64,000 nt of DNA, taken from contig DATJWO010000046.1 of the NCBI GenBank assembly GCA_035501155.1, positions 182 to 64,181 of the forward strand. Reading direction: 5' to 3'. The first letter of the stretch is position 1; the number at the start of each line of letters is the position of its first letter. The stretch is from Bryobacteraceae bacterium. GTDB taxonomy: Bacteria > Acidobacteriota > Terriglobia > Bryobacterales > Bryobacteraceae. Of the stretch, positions 1 through 11,342 are shown piece after piece. Below the pieces are notes generated by a model that was given only the letters and a program-made list of their open reading frames with translations, had not been told where the DNA came from and made no database searches. Position numbers and translations under genes: made by a program.

Positions 1-132
1 AATTGCACTGGGGCGGTCCGACGCCTGGATTTACCGCACTCGCGGAACGATTCGACGCAGCCAAAACCGAGACTAAGCGGCCCCGGAGGCGTTGATTTGA
101 ATCCACAGTTCACCTTTGCCCTCTTGTAAACC

Positions 133-811
133 TCTGTGTCCCGTCCAAAGACCAAACCTGGATTCATCCCGCCCATGTTGCTGATTGCACCGAGCGCCTG
201 CCGGAAGGCCCAAACTGGCTCTACGAGCTGAAGCTCGACGGCTACTGGGCTATCGCCATCAAGACCGCCGGCAAGGTCCAACTTCGCTCACGCAATGACA
301 AGGACTTCAACACCAGGCATCGCAGCCTCGCGGAAGCTCTGGGTCCAATGCCGGACGCAAATCTGATTAGTTCCGTGAAGGAGCAGGGCCTTGAAGGGCT
401 CGTAGTGAAAACGCCGGGACAGCCAGTACGAGCCCGGTGCGCGCTCGGGCACCTGGGCGAAGATGTCGGGCCAATCGGGCTCGGGAATTCGTGATCGGCG
501 GCTACCACGCTATGCCGGAGAACATTCGACGCGCTGATCTTCGGTTACTACGCCGGGCCGAGGTTGCTCTATGTGCGGGAGACGCTCATGCGACGGTTCC
601 AGGGACTTGAGATCACCGAGTGTCCATTTGCCAACTTGCCCGAATTGAGGAGTGGACGTTGGGGTGAAGGACTGACTGCAGCGAAGATGAAGAATTGCCG
701 TTGGCTGAGGCCGTCCTGGTGGGACAGGTCGAGTTCCTGGAGTGGACACCGGACATGCATCTGCGGCATTCGCGGTTTGCCGGATTTGGAGAGCGGATAA
801 GACGCCTTTAG
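133..811 (+). pseudogene. Degraded ATP-dependent DNA ligase (LigD-type ligase domain) remnant
   Basis: Hand translation gives ligase segments scattered over three frames with stops between them. In order: KPGFIPPMLL; LPEGPNWLYELKLDGYWAIAIKTAGKVQLRSRNDKDF (adenylation motif I, KxDG); LISSVKEQGLEGLVVK; RDSQYEPGARSGTWAKM; EFVIGGY; FDALIFGYYAG...CPFANLPE...RWGEGLTAAKMKNCRWL; VGQVEFLEWTPDMHLRHSRFAG. The middle of the adenylation domain is missing. Confidence 0.6.
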
Positions 812-890
812 GTAGCGACACTATCGTGTTCGTTGGCTGAAAACTCGACCTCTGGGAAAGCCAGCATATATACTGGCGGATTGAACTGAC

Positions 891-1121
891 ATGGCTACGA
901 AGGATCAACTTGCGTACACGGCAGAGACGAGAACTGTACAAGATCTTGTCAAGTTATTTCAGAACGAACATCTGAACTTGGAGCCGGAGTTTCAACGCGA
1001 CTCAGTGTGGTCCGATCGCGACCGCACGAAGCTGATCGATTCCGTTTTCCGAACTGATCCAAAGATGCAGGCGAAGGAATACTTCGAATCTCAACCGTGT
1101 GACGTTGGATATATTCACTAA
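891..1121 (+). pseudogene. Truncated DUF262 (GmrSD/ParB-like nuclease N-terminal domain) gene fragment, 76 aa
   Basis: The ORF contains LEPEFQRDSVWSDRDRTKLIDSVFR, the DUF262 (D/E)FQR..VW...LIDS signature. It then diverges and stops. Full-length family members are several-fold longer. Confidence 0.5.
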
Positions 1122-1468
1122 CGAACGGGTACAAAATACGGGGCAGTTCGCCCTTCAGGCTCGGCCCTGACGTTAAAGGGGGAATCGATCATCGTGCCGA
1201 AGATGGATCCGGATTTGCGGGCGAGTTGGATGTTATGTCTGGTCGGAGGCGTCTGTGCCCAGACCGCGTTGGCCCGGAAGACGAACGGTGCGGCGACGCG
1301 CGATAACGAGAGAACCATGATGAGTGAAATCTATCGATTCTGCTACCGCCTCCGGACACCCGCAATAGACCGCTGATGGAAGGCCTCGCGACGCACCTGA
1401 ACGGGTGCTTTTGAGCTTTGAGCGGCATCGTATTTTCAGGACACTCCGGCTTGCTGAATCAGGCTAGA

Positions 1469-4435
1469 ATGATTCTCTTGCCGAACGCGATTTTACGACA
1501 ACTTGCGCTGGCAGTTGTTGTCCTGATTACTCCCGAATTGACACTGGCACAGGCCCCATCCGGCGTAATCGAGGGCCAGATAACTGATGCCAGTGGCGCG
1601 GCAATTCCGGGCGCCGCAGTGACCATCACCGGATCGAACGGTTCGACTCGAACGTTCGCCGCCGACAAAGAAGGTCGCTATCGGATCGATGGCCTTCCGC
1701 CCGCGTCGTACACGGTGCGGATTCAGCGTCCTGGTTTCGCGTTGTTCACGAGCGCGGCGATCGATGTCGGAAGCCAGATTCAAACCGTGAATGCGCGCCT
1801 CGAGATCCAGGCGGCGCGAGCCAATGTTACAGTCGCCGACTCCGCGTCGCAGGTGGGAGTCGATCCTTCGCAGAACCTGGGCCAGATTGTTCTCCGCGGC
1901 GACGATCTCGATGCGTTTGCCGATGACGCCGAGGACCTGTCCAACGAGCTTCAAATGCTCGCAGGGCCGGCGGTCGGTCCCAACGCGGGACAGATTTTCG
2001 TTGATGGCTTCACGGGCGGCATCATGCCGCCGAAAGCGTCCATTCGCGAAATCAGAGTAAACCAGAATCCCTTTGCGGCCGAATATGACCGCGTTGGCTT
2101 TGGACGTGTCGAAGTGTTTACGAAGCCCGGCTCCGACCTGTACCATGGGCAGGCGTCATTCGATTTCGGCAACCGGGCGCTGACTGCTCGCAATCCATAC
2201 CTCACCGGACCCATCGTGCCAAACTACCGGCAGGAGATCTTCGCCGGCAACTTCGCAGGACCCATCCGAAAGAAAGCCAGCTTCTTCATCGACGCGGACC
2301 GTCGCATCACCGATGAAAACTCGCTGCTGAATTACACGTCGCTCGACGCTTCATTGAATCCGGTGACGATCAGCAGCGCGTTGGTCGCGCCATCGCGCCG
2401 TTTCAGCACCAATCCGCGCTTCGATTACGCCATAGATCCGAACAATACTTTGACGCTCCGCTATTCACTGGCCGAAACCAACGCGCGAAATCAGGGAATC
2501 GCCACACAAACTTTCGACGTCGCGTCGCGTGCCTACGCGCAAGACAGCCGTCAGCAGAGTTTTCAAGCCGCCGAATCCGCCGTGCTCGGAACCAGGGCTG
2601 TGAACGACATCCGGTTTCAGTACCTGCATAGCCATTTGAGTCAGACAGGCGTCAGTTCGGCTCCCGAACTCGACGTTCAGGGTGCGTTCACGGGCGGCGG
2701 AACGTTTCCTCTGAATTACACGGACGATTCGAAGTACGAATTGCAAGAGAACGCCACCGTTGTGAGCGGGGCGAACACCATCAAGTTCGGCGCGCGCCTC
2801 AGGGACGACCGGCTCGATCAGCAATCGACCTCGAATTTCAATGGCCGGTTCATCTTCTCGGCGATCCCCGGCGGCGCTTCGGCGCTCGGGGTCTGGCAGC
2901 AGAATCAGGTTCTCGCCGCCCAGGGCGTGCCGCAATCTCAAATCGCGGTGTTGGGCTTCGGGCCTTCCGAGTTTCTCCTGACGGCCGGCAGGCCGCGTGC
3001 GAGCGTGAACGTGTTCGACTCCGGCCTCTACCTTCAGGATGACTGGCGGATCCGACCGAACTTGTCGCTGAGCGGCGGGCTCCGCTACGAGGTTCAAACG
3101 GGAATTTCGGACCACGCCGATTTCGCGCCACGCGTAGGCCTTGCCTGGGCTCCCGCGAAAAGGAATGCGAAAACCGTGATTCGTGCGGGTGCGGGGATCT
3201 TCTATGACAGATTCGCCTCGAACCTGCTGCTCAATTCGGTTCTTCTCAACGGCATCAACCAAACGCAATACATTATCCGGAATCCGCTCTTTTATCCGAA
3301 CGTTCCGGACCCCGCGTCTCTTGCGGTCCTGACTGCCCAACAAGTGGGAACCGCTACTCGCGCGACATACCAGACCGACTCACGGATGCGCTCGCCGGCC
3401 ATGACTCAAGTGGCCGTGGGCGTCGAACGCCAATTTCCCCGCGGCCTCTCCATGGCGGTCAATTATGCAGGCACGTGGGGAATTCACCAGCTTCTGACAC
3501 GCGACATCAACGCGCCTCTGCCGACCACGTTCAACAGCGTGGCCGAGGCCATCGGTCCCCGGCCTTTTGGCAACGCAGCGGGAGATATATACCAGTACGA
3601 GGGCAGCGGCGTGTTCCGGCAGCACCAGATAATCGTTTCATTCAACGCCAAAATTAACCGCACGATTTCCGTCTTCGGCTACTACCTTTACAACCGTGCC
3701 ATGAGCGACACGGATGGGGCGGGCACGATGCCGTCGAATCCCTATGATCTTCGAACCGACTACGGCCGCGCCGCGTTTGATTTTCGCCATCGGGCCTTCG
3801 TGAGCGCCACGGCAACCCTGCCGTTCAGGATTCGGATGGCTCCGTTCATTTACCTGCAGTCGGGTCTTCCCTATAACCTGACCTCCGGTGTGGACACGAA
3901 CAACGATGGAAATCCCAACGACGACCGGCCGGCCTTCGCACAGAATCTGTCGCGGGGCAGCGTCATCGACAAACCGGGATTCGGCGTGTTCGATACGGCG
4001 CCGGGAACCTTGGCGAATGCGGTGATCGTTCCGCGCAACTATCTGGAGGGTCCAGGCATTCTTTCGCTGACAGTTCGCGTAAGCCGGAGCTGGTCTTTTG
4101 GCGAGGTCGGCCGCGGTGGAGGGAACACTGGCGCCGACGAGATCCGCGGCGGCGAAGCAATCCGCAATGGAGGCTTGAGCGGAAGCTCCACTCAATCGGG
4201 CCTCGCGAGCGTGTTGGGAGGCGTCGCGACCGCGAGGCGATTCAATTTGACTGCGACTGCGTCGTTCCGGAACGCGCTGAATAATGTGAACCCGGCGACG
4301 CCGATCGGTAATCTGAGTTCTCCTTTCTTCGGAAGGTCGGTCGGACTGAATACATTTGGCCCACTTCCCGGGGCTGGCCCGAACGCGGGGGCTGGAAACC
4401 GCCATATTGAACTGCAGCTAAGGCTGACGTTCTGA
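1469..4435 (+). CDS. Outer-membrane TonB-dependent-receptor-like protein with N-terminal carboxypeptidase-regulatory-like domain
   Basis: 988 aa counted from ATG 1469 (the track ORF starts at TTG 1418). Signal peptide MILLPNAILRQLALAVVVLITPELTLAQA. GQITDASGAAIPGAAVTI...YRIDGLPPASYTVRI is typical of the CarboxypepD_reg fold. Long barrel-like body ending in aromatic ...LQLRLTF. Confidence 0.8.
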   Translation: MILLPNAILRQLALAVVVLITPELTLAQAPSGVIEGQITDASGAAIPGAAVTITGSNGSTRTFAADKEGRYRIDGLPPASYTVRIQRPGFALFTSAAIDVGSQIQTVNARLEIQAARANVTVADSASQVGVDPSQNLGQIVLRGDDLDAFADDAEDLSNELQMLAGPAVGPNAGQIFVDGFTGGIMPPKASIREIRVNQNPFAAEYDRVGFGRVEVFTKPGSDLYHGQASFDFGNRALTARNPYLTGPIVPNYRQEIFAGNFAGPIRKKASFFIDADRRITDENSLLNYTSLDASLNPVTISSALVAPSRRFSTNPRFDYAIDPNNTLTLRYSLAETNARNQGIATQTFDVASRAYAQDSRQQSFQAAESAVLGTRAVNDIRFQYLHSHLSQTGVSSAPELDVQGAFTGGGTFPLNYTDDSKYELQENATVVSGANTIKFGARLRDDRLDQQSTSNFNGRFIFSAIPGGASALGVWQQNQVLAAQGVPQSQIAVLGFGPSEFLLTAGRPRASVNVFDSGLYLQDDWRIRPNLSLSGGLRYEVQTGISDHADFAPRVGLAWAPAKRNAKTVIRAGAGIFYDRFASNLLLNSVLLNGINQTQYIIRNPLFYPNVPDPASLAVLTAQQVGTATRATYQTDSRMRSPAMTQVAVGVERQFPRGLSMAVNYAGTWGIHQLLTRDINAPLPTTFNSVAEAIGPRPFGNAAGDIYQYEGSGVFRQHQIIVSFNAKINRTISVFGYYLYNRAMSDTDGAGTMPSNPYDLRTDYGRAAFDFRHRAFVSATATLPFRIRMAPFIYLQSGLPYNLTSGVDTNNDGNPNDDRPAFAQNLSRGSVIDKPGFGVFDTAPGTLANAVIVPRNYLEGPGILSLTVRVSRSWSFGEVGRGGGNTGADEIRGGEAIRNGGLSGSSTQSGLASVLGGVATARRFNLTATASFRNALNNVNPATPIGNLSSPFFGRSVGLNTFGPLPGAGPNAGAGNRHIELQLRLTF

Positions 4436-5133
4436 GCCTAGCGGTTCTTATACCTCACTTGCAACGCCTGCGACGACGAACGCCCGGATCGTCAGCGGCC
4501 TCCAGTTTCGGTGGTTTGACTGCGCTTTTCTTCCGTCCCCCGCGGATAAGTGATCTCCTCCTGGTTCATTAGTCGTGCGCTTTTATGGAGCGGCACACAT
4601 AAAAATGTCTATGTTTATACCGTGTCTGCCTGCTCATGGCCAGGCTGCGCCTCAAGCCTCGCCCAACCGTTCTGAAACGACCGTTGACGCTAAAGAGAAT
4701 AAAGCCATCCTAGAGGTCGGCCCCGCGATAAGCCTACGTGGTAATGCCGGGCCTTGCGAGCGGCAGAATCCGAGCGCTGTTGGCCACGATGGCGAGAACA
4801 GCGATGCTCTGGGCAAGCGCACCCGTCAGAGGATCCTAACAGCCCAGAGAATAAACTCGCGGAAATCAAAGGCCGATCGATTCCAGAGGCAATTCTGCGG
4901 ATCGGCTTCAACGCCAGCGGACCGAATCCTGGAATCTCGGTCGTCACCGAAGGAATGGAACTCAAAGCAGGACCCGAAGGCCAAGAAATCTTACTGCTGT
5001 TGAAAAAGCGCGGCCCACGGACACCGGCCGAAATTGCGACGGCGCGACGCTGCTCGACCTCTTGACGCGGATTTGGCACGTATCCGGCACACGAAAAAAC
5101 AACGACTCGCAAGTAAAACAGAATGAGATGGAC

Positions 5134-5209
5134 TGGTGGACGGCATGGGATTCGAACCCACGACCCCGGCGTTGCGAACGCCGTGCTCTCCCAGCTGAGC
5201 TAGCCGCCC
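5134..5209 (-). tRNA. tRNA-Ala (anticodon CGC), CCA encoded
   Basis: Reverse complement folds as GGGCGGC-TA-GCTC-AGCTGGGA-GAGC-A-CGGCG-TTCGCAA-CGCCG-GGGTC-GTGGG-TTCGAAT-CCCAT-GCCGTCC-A-CCA. The G3:U70 Ala identity pair is present. Confidence 0.93.
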
Positions 5210-5291
5210 ACTTCAGACGCTAACCTTATTTTAGCTTAAAGTCCGCTTGGCCCCGCGACCTGCTGCTAAAATCAAATTTCCCCGGCCGACA

Positions 5292-8054
5292 ATGCTAAAA
5301 CGCATCACCGTGCACGGCGCCCGCCAGCACAACCTCAAAAACATCGACGTGGAGATCCCGCGAAACACCTTCACGGTGATCACAGGACTGAGCGGCTCGG
5401 GCAAATCTTCACTGGCGTTCGACACGATCTACGCCGAGGGCCAGCGCCGCTACGTCGAAACGCTCTCGCCTTATGCGCGGCAGTTTTTAGATCAGATGGA
5501 GCGGCCCGAAGTCGATTCCATCGACGGCCTCAGTCCGGCGATTTCTATTGAGCAGAAGACTACCAACCGTAGCCCGCGATCCACCGTCGGCACCATTACG
5601 GAAATCTACGACTACCTGCGCGTGCTGTATTCGTCTATCGGCGTGCCGCACTGCCCCAACTGCGGCATCGAGATCTCGCGGCAAAGCACCGAGCAGATCC
5701 TGCAGCAAATCCTGACGCTGCCGGAAGGCAATCGCATCATGATCCTGGCGCCGATCGTGCGCGGCCGCAAGGGCGAATATAAGAAGGACCTGGAGAAACT
5801 TTCACGGCAGGGCTTCGTGCGCGCGCGCGTCGATGGCATCCTGCGCTCGCTCGACGAAGAGATTCCGCTGGACAAGCGCAAGAACCACACCATCGAAATC
5901 GTAGTGGACCGCCTGCCGCTCAAGCCCGGCTCGGAGAAGCGCATCGAGGCCTCCATCGAGACGGCGGCCAAGCTGGCCAACGGGCTGGTAACCGTGGCGG
6001 TGGTGAACGGCGAAGAGAAGCTGTATTCGCAAAAGCTGGCGTGCCCGAATTGCGGCGCGAGCATTCCGCAGCTCGAACCTCGCTCATTTTCTTTCAACAG
6101 CCCGTTCGGCGCGTGCGACACCTGCAACGGGTTGGGCAACACCTGGAGCTTCGATTCGGCGAAAATCATCGTCGATCCATCCAAGCCGCTGCTCGATGGC
6201 GGGCTCGGGCCGGGCGCGAGTTCCTCCTACATGCAGCAGCAGCTCACCGACGGCGCCGAGCGCCTGCGCATCAAGATCAACAAGCCTTTCGAGGAGCTGC
6301 CGCAGAAAACGCGGGCTCTTCTGCTCGAAGGCGGCAACGGTTTTCCGGGGATACTCCAGATTCTCGGAGAAACGTACGAAGAGGCCAGTGCCGGTTATCG
6401 CGAATGGTTGATGGACTACATGTCGCCTTCACTTTGCCCCGCCTGCCACGGCCGGCGTCTCAAGCCTAGCAGCTTGGCGGTGCGCGTAAAGGGCATGGGG
6501 CTGGCGGAACTCACGGAAGTGTCCATCGACCGCGCCGTGGCCGCGGTCAAAGCCTGGAAGCTGAATGAACGCGAACACCAGATCGCCGGCCGCGTCATTG
6601 AAGAGATTCGCAATCGCCTGGAGTTCCTCACCGCAGTCGGCCTGAACTACTTGAGCCTGGCGCGTTCGGCCACCACGCTTTCCGGCGGCGAAGCGCAGCG
6701 CATCCGGCTCGCTACGCAAATCGGATCGAAGCTGCGCGGCGTACTGTACGTGCTGGACGAACCGTCTATCGGGCTGCATCCGCGCGATAACGACCGGCTG
6801 CTCGACACGCTTTCTCGCCTGCGCGATCTCGGCAACACCGTGCTGGTGGTGGAGCACGACGCCGAGACCATCGAGCGCGCCGACTACGTCATCGATCTGG
6901 GCCCCGGCGCCGGCCGGCTGGGCGGCGAGTTGGTTGCTCAAGGCACTCCGCGCGACATCCAGCGCAACCCCGCCTCGCTGACGGGCCAGTATTTGTCCGG
7001 CGCCATGAAAATCGAAGCGCCCTCCGGCCGGCGGCACGGCAACGGGAAGAAGTTGGTTGTCCGTGGAGCGCGCGAACATAACCTGAAGGATGTTGACGTC
7101 GAGTTTCCGTTGGGAACGTTCATTGTGGTCACGGGGGTTTCCGGCAGCGGTAAATCGACACTGATCAACGACATTCTCTACCGCGCACTGGCCCGGGAGT
7201 TGTACGGCTCCCACGACGCGCCCGGCGAGCACAGCGCCATTGAGGGCCTGGAGCATATCGACAAGGTTGTCGAGATCGATCAGTCGCCGATCGGCCGTAC
7301 GCCGCGCTCGAACCCCGCCACATACACCGGTGTCTTCACTCCGATCCGCGAACTTTACGCGATGCTGCCCGAATCGCGCGAGCGAGGCTACAAGGCCGGA
7401 CGGTTCAGCTTCAACGTCAAGGGCGGGCGCTGCGAGGCCTGCCAGGGCGACGGCCTGCGGCGCATCGAGATGAATTTTCTGCCCGACGTCTACGTCACCT
7501 GCGACGTCTGCCGCGGCCGCCGCTACAACAGCGAGACGCTGCAAGTGAAGTACAGGGGACTGTCCATCGCCGATCTGCTGGAGTCCACTGTCGAAGACGC
7601 CGTTCCGGTGCTCGAGAACATCCCGCAGATTCATGTCAAGTTGCAAACCCTGCACGACGTGGGCCTGGGCTACATCCACCTGGGGCAGTCGTCCACAACG
7701 CTTTCCGGCGGCGAGGCGCAGCGCATCAAGCTGGCACGCGAGTTAAGTAAGCGACAAACGGGCCGGACGCTATACATTCTGGACGAGCCCACCACCGGCC
7801 TGCATTTCGAGGATGTCCGCCGGTTGCTGGACGTGCTCCAACGCCTGGTGGATCTGGGCAATACTGTCATAGTGATCGAACATCACCTGGATGTCGTGAA
7901 GTCGGCCGACTGGATTATCGACATGGGGCCGGAAGGCGGCGAAAAAGGTGGCTACGTCGTGGCGGTGGGAACGCCCGAGCAGATCCTGCGCGTGAAGAAA
8001 AGCCACACGGCGCATGCGCTTGAAAAAGTGCTGCGCAATGGAAAGGTCGCATGA
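5292..8054 (+). CDS. uvrA: Excinuclease ABC subunit A
   Basis: 920 aa from ATG 5292 ([25 protein letters not shown]). Two ABC modules ([12 protein letters not shown] and [12 protein letters not shown]; LSGGEAQR occurs twice). Zn-finger Cys pairs (CPNCG...CDTCNG and CEACQGDG...CDVCRG). Confidence 0.97.
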   Translation: MLKRITVHGARQHNLKNIDVEIPRNTFTVITGLSGSGKSSLAFDTIYAEGQRRYVETLSPYARQFLDQMERPEVDSIDGLSPAISIEQKTTNRSPRSTVGTITEIYDYLRVLYSSIGVPHCPNCGIEISRQSTEQILQQILTLPEGNRIMILAPIVRGRKGEYKKDLEKLSRQGFVRARVDGILRSLDEEIPLDKRKNHTIEIVVDRLPLKPGSEKRIEASIETAAKLANGLVTVAVVNGEEKLYSQKLACPNCGASIPQLEPRSFSFNSPFGACDTCNGLGNTWSFDSAKIIVDPSKPLLDGGLGPGASSSYMQQQLTDGAERLRIKINKPFEELPQKTRALLLEGGNGFPGILQILGETYEEASAGYREWLMDYMSPSLCPACHGRRLKPSSLAVRVKGMGLAELTEVSIDRAVAAVKAWKLNEREHQIAGRVIEEIRNRLEFLTAVGLNYLSLARSATTLSGGEAQRIRLATQIGSKLRGVLYVLDEPSIGLHPRDNDRLLDTLSRLRDLGNTVLVVEHDAETIERADYVIDLGPGAGRLGGELVAQGTPRDIQRNPASLTGQYLSGAMKIEAPSGRRHGNGKKLVVRGAREHNLKDVDVEFPLGTFIVVTGVSGSGKSTLINDILYRALARELYGSHDAPGEHSAIEGLEHIDKVVEIDQSPIGRTPRSNPATYTGVFTPIRELYAMLPESRERGYKAGRFSFNVKGGRCEACQGDGLRRIEMNFLPDVYVTCDVCRGRRYNSETLQVKYRGLSIADLLESTVEDAVPVLENIPQIHVKLQTLHDVGLGYIHLGQSSTTLSGGEAQRIKLARELSKRQTGRTLYILDEPTTGLHFEDVRRLLDVLQRLVDLGNTVIVIEHHLDVVKSADWIIDMGPEGGEKGGYVVAVGTPEQILRVKKSHTAHALEKVLRNGKVA

Positions 8055-9004
8055 GCAAATACGGCCGCGAACCGATGGATTTAAGCGGCCTGCGGACCAT
8101 CCCGATCGCGGACCGCGGCGGCAAGGTGCGCACCGAGCATTTCGGCCGGCCCTACACGGGCGGCGGCGTTGCGGCCTTACTCGATTCGCTGCCGCACATC
8201 CTGGCGGCTGACTCGTTGCGCGCCGTGATCGACGCGATGGTCGAGGCGCGCCGGCGCAAGAGAATGGTCCTCTGGGGGCTCGGCGGCCATGTAATCAAAT
8301 GCGGCCTCGCACCCGTGCTGATAGACCTGATGCGCCGCGGCTATGCGACCGCCTTCGCCCTCAACGGCGCCGCCGCGATTCACGATTTCGAGATCGCGAT
8401 CGTCGGCCAGACCAGCGAGGACGTGGAAGCGGTGCTCCCCGACGGCCGTTTCGGCGCCGCTGAAGAAACCGGGCGCGAAATGAACGTCGCGCTGAATTGT
8501 CCGGGCGCGCCGGAAGGTTTTGGCGAAGCTCTCGGCCTGCATCTGGAAAAGCTAGCCGATCAGCGCTTCGCCGCCTCCAGCCTGCTGTGCGAGACCTATC
8601 GCCGCTCCACGCCGGTGACCGTCCACGTCGCCGTTGGCACCGATACGCCGCACACACATCCCGCCGCGGAAGGCGCTTCCATCGGACGCGCCACGCATCA
8701 CGATTTCCGTCTGCTCTGTTCGCTGGTGAAAGAGATGCACGATGGCGGCGTCTATTTGAATGTGGGCTCAGCAGTGGTTCTGCCTGAAGTATTTCTGAAG
8801 GCCGTTTCCGTCGTACGAAATCTCGGCAACCCGCTCGCCAATTTCACAACGGTTAACTTCGATTTCCTCCAGCACTATCGCCCGAAAGTGAACGTGGTGG
8901 AGCGCCCGCACGCGCGCGCCGGCGGACATGGTTACTCCATCACCGGCCATCACGAAATCATGATTCCGCTGCTCGCCGCCGCGTTGATCGAGCGCACAGC
9001 ATGA
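8051..9004 (+). CDS. Conserved protein, possibly deoxyhypusine-synthase-like fold family (function uncertain)
   Basis: 317-aa ORF whose start overlaps the uvrA stop (ATGA). [19 protein letters not shown]...[24 protein letters not shown] resembles DHS-like proteins from memory. This assignment is unverified. Confidence 0.4.
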   Translation: MSKYGREPMDLSGLRTIPIADRGGKVRTEHFGRPYTGGGVAALLDSLPHILAADSLRAVIDAMVEARRRKRMVLWGLGGHVIKCGLAPVLIDLMRRGYATAFALNGAAAIHDFEIAIVGQTSEDVEAVLPDGRFGAAEETGREMNVALNCPGAPEGFGEALGLHLEKLADQRFAASSLLCETYRRSTPVTVHVAVGTDTPHTHPAAEGASIGRATHHDFRLLCSLVKEMHDGGVYLNVGSAVVLPEVFLKAVSVVRNLGNPLANFTTVNFDFLQHYRPKVNVVERPHARAGGHGYSITGHHEIMIPLLAAALIERTA

Positions 9005-9738
9005 TTCCCAACGAACCCTTACCAGCCAGCGACCACCAGCCACCGCCCGTCAACTCCCCGTTTTGGTCTTACTCGGATCTATTTCTCTTTATCCTGCTCA
9101 CGGTCCCGAGCCTGGGAGTCGCCTTCCTCGCAGCCGCGCTGCTATCGCGTTTCACCTCGCTCAGCATCGCGTTCCGCCTGGTTTCCGCGCAAATTCTTTG
9201 GTATATCCTCGCCTTCGGATCCCTGAAAGTCCTGCTTCTGCTCCGCTACGGGAAGCCCTTCTGGCGCTCGCTGGATTGGAAGTCGCTCTCCTTCACGGCG
9301 GCCGTTGCCAGCCTATTTGCAGGGCCGGTACTCGCGCTGGCCCTGGGAATCGCGGGCGCAGCGCTCCACACGCCGGAGATTCCGCTGCCGTTTCAACAGC
9401 TTCTGAAAAGCCCTGCCACCGTTGTTCTGCTGGGATTGCTCGTGGTCTTGATTGGACCGCTGTGCGAAGAACTCGCGTTCCGCGGATTTCTGATGCCTCT
9501 GCTCATTCGCAGCATCGGCCCCGCAGCTGGCATCGTACTGACCGGCGTCATCTTTGGCTGCGCGCACGGCTACGAGTATGAATGGTCCTGGCGTTACATG
9601 CTGCTGATTTCCGGCGCGGGCTGTGTTTTCGGATGGGCCAAGCAAAAGACCGGATCGACGATCGCCGCCGCTTGCACCCACTCCACCTTCAATCTGATGC
9701 AATTCGCCGCCTTTCTCCTGCAGTCGCGAACCCTATGA
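9001..9738 (+). CDS. CPBP family intramembrane glutamic endopeptidase (CAAX protease/Abi-like)
   Basis: Polytopic 245-aa ORF with the three CPBP motifs: [15 protein letters not shown] and HSTFN. ATGA overlap with the upstream gene. Confidence 0.85.
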   Translation: MIPNEPLPASDHQPPPVNSPFWSYSDLFLFILLTVPSLGVAFLAAALLSRFTSLSIAFRLVSAQILWYILAFGSLKVLLLLRYGKPFWRSLDWKSLSFTAAVASLFAGPVLALALGIAGAALHTPEIPLPFQQLLKSPATVVLLGLLVVLIGPLCEELAFRGFLMPLLIRSIGPAAGIVLTGVIFGCAHGYEYEWSWRYMLLISGAGCVFGWAKQKTGSTIAAACTHSTFNLMQFAAFLLQSRTL

Positions 9739-10751
9739 TCGAAACCATCCAATGGACGGACGCCGGCGTGGTCATGATCGATCAAACCCGGCTTCCGCAT
9801 GAAGAACGCTACGTCACCTGTACCAACTACCGCGAGGTCGCTGAAGCGATCCGCAGTATGGTGATTCGCGGGGCCCCGGCGATTGGCGTGGCGGCCGCCA
9901 TGGGAATTGCGCTCGGCATGCAGCAGTCGCAGTCGCAGGCTGAGTTCGACGAGATTTGCAAGACGCTCGCGGGTACGCGCCCGACGGCTGTTAACTTGTT
10001 TTGGGCCATCGGGCGGATGCGCCGCGTTTACGCGGATCTGTCTGGCCGGGACTTGAACGTAATTCGGGAATGCCTGATCGCCGAGGCCCAACTGATTCGC
10101 GAAGAGGACATCGCCATCAACGAGTGCATCGGTAAGAATGGCGCGCCGCTCATCCCAGACGGCAAGACTGTGTTGACCCATTGCAACGCGGGCGCGCTGG
10201 CAACCGCTGGCTACGGCACCGCGCTCGGCGTGATTCGGGCCGCCGTCGCCGCCGGCAAGCACATCGATGTTTTCGCCGACGAAACCAGGCCGTTCCTGCA
10301 AGGCTCGCGCCTCACCGTCTGGGAGCTGCAGCACGACAACATTCCCGCCACGCTGATCACCGACAACATGGCCGGCCATTTCCTGCATTCCGGCCGCATC
10401 GGCTGCGTCATCGTTGGTGCCGATCGCATCGCTGCCAACGGCGACGTCGCCAACAAGATCGGAACCTATTCGGTCGCCGTGCTGGCCAATGAAAACGGTG
10501 TGCCATTTTACGTCGCCGCACCCATTTCGACTCTGGACTTGAGTCTAGCGTCGGGCGAACAGATTCCGATCGAGCAACGTGCCGCCACCGAAGTCACTCA
10601 CGTTCATGGCGTCCCGGTCGCGCCCGAGGGCACGACCGTAGCCAACCCGGCTTTCGACGTCACGCCTAACCGCTACGTCAGCGCCATCATTACCGAACGC
10701 GGCGTTGCCCGCGCGCCCTACTCGGAATCCCTAAGAAAGTTGGTAAGTTAG
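9735..10751 (+). CDS. mtnA: S-methyl-5-thioribose-1-phosphate isomerase (eIF-2B alpha/beta/delta-like family)
   Basis: Start moved to ATG 9735 ([27 protein letters not shown]...), which overlaps the upstream stop (ATGA). [15 protein letters not shown] and [18 protein letters not shown] are typical of MtnA. Confidence 0.9.
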   Translation: MIETIQWTDAGVVMIDQTRLPHEERYVTCTNYREVAEAIRSMVIRGAPAIGVAAAMGIALGMQQSQSQAEFDEICKTLAGTRPTAVNLFWAIGRMRRVYADLSGRDLNVIRECLIAEAQLIREEDIAINECIGKNGAPLIPDGKTVLTHCNAGALATAGYGTALGVIRAAVAAGKHIDVFADETRPFLQGSRLTVWELQHDNIPATLITDNMAGHFLHSGRIGCVIVGADRIAANGDVANKIGTYSVAVLANENGVPFYVAAPISTLDLSLASGEQIPIEQRAATEVTHVHGVPVAPEGTTVANPAFDVTPNRYVSAIITERGVARAPYSESLRKLVS

Positions 10752-10756
10752 GATTT

Positions 10757-11278
10757 ATGCTTCGTTCCGCATTCTGCCTTCTGCTTTCTGCCTTCAGCGC
10801 ATTCGCAGCCTCCGGCCAGTACTCTAATCGCCGCGCGCCCGGCTTCGCGCTGCCCGATCCCGAGTACAAGCACTACTACGATCTGCAGGATTACCGCGGC
10901 AAAGTGGTTGTCGTCGACATCATGTCCACGCGCTGCCCGCATTGCCTGCTGCTCAGCACCACCCTCGAGAAGGTCAAGTCCCACTATGGCGACAAGGTCG
11001 TCGTTCTGGAAGTCGTGCTCCCGCCGGACAACCAATCCACGATCGCGAAATACATCCAGACCAACAAAGTGACTGTGCCGGTGATCGCCGACATGGGTCA
11101 GATGACGGCGTCCTATTTCAACGCCAACCCCGCCACCATGCAGCACATTGACGTCCCGCACATGTTCCTGATCGACAGCCGCGGAATGATCCGCAACGAT
11201 TTCGGCTACGACGACTCCACGCACGCCATCTTCGAAGGCGATGGGCTGTTCAAGGAAATCGACAAGCTGCTGAAGTAA
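10757..11278 (+). CDS. Exported TlpA/ResA-like thiol:disulfide oxidoreductase (redoxin family)
   Basis: Signal peptide MLRSAFCLLLSAFSAFAASG. Thioredoxin-fold CxxC motif in VVVVDIMSTRCPHC. Confidence 0.8.
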   Translation: MLRSAFCLLLSAFSAFAASGQYSNRRAPGFALPDPEYKHYYDLQDYRGKVVVVDIMSTRCPHCLLLSTTLEKVKSHYGDKVVVLEVVLPPDNQSTIAKYIQTNKVTVPVIADMGQMTASYFNANPATMQHIDVPHMFLIDSRGMIRNDFGYDDSTHAIFEGDGLFKEIDKLLK

Positions 11279-11342
11279 ACTGGTTCCGTTCGCCTTACTG
11301 ACCGGCGATCCAATCCAATCCGCTTTCAAAGAGAGGTCTTGC

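Noticed and set aside
4575-5112. Three mutually overlapping 100-140-aa ORFs between the TonB-like gene and tRNA-Ala.
   Set aside because: They have no RBS, no family motifs and mutually exclusive frames. The interval is treated as non-coding or decayed and is reported only as a low-interest finding.
6429-7679. Large antisense ORFs inside uvrA. The same situation occurs at 26566-28008 (feoB), 28381-29673 (trxB), 21264-22304 (rlmI-like), 53374-54663 (GT2-GT4), 55953-57386 (out-of-frame sense-strand ORF in the ADOP gene), 58137-59183 (SMP-30-like) and 63146-63916 (last GT2).
   Set aside because: All overlap, antisense or out of frame, genes with clear family motifs. They are Arg/Ala/Gly-rich with no motifs of their own. 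This is the expected lack of stop codons in the other reading frames of GC-rich DNA.
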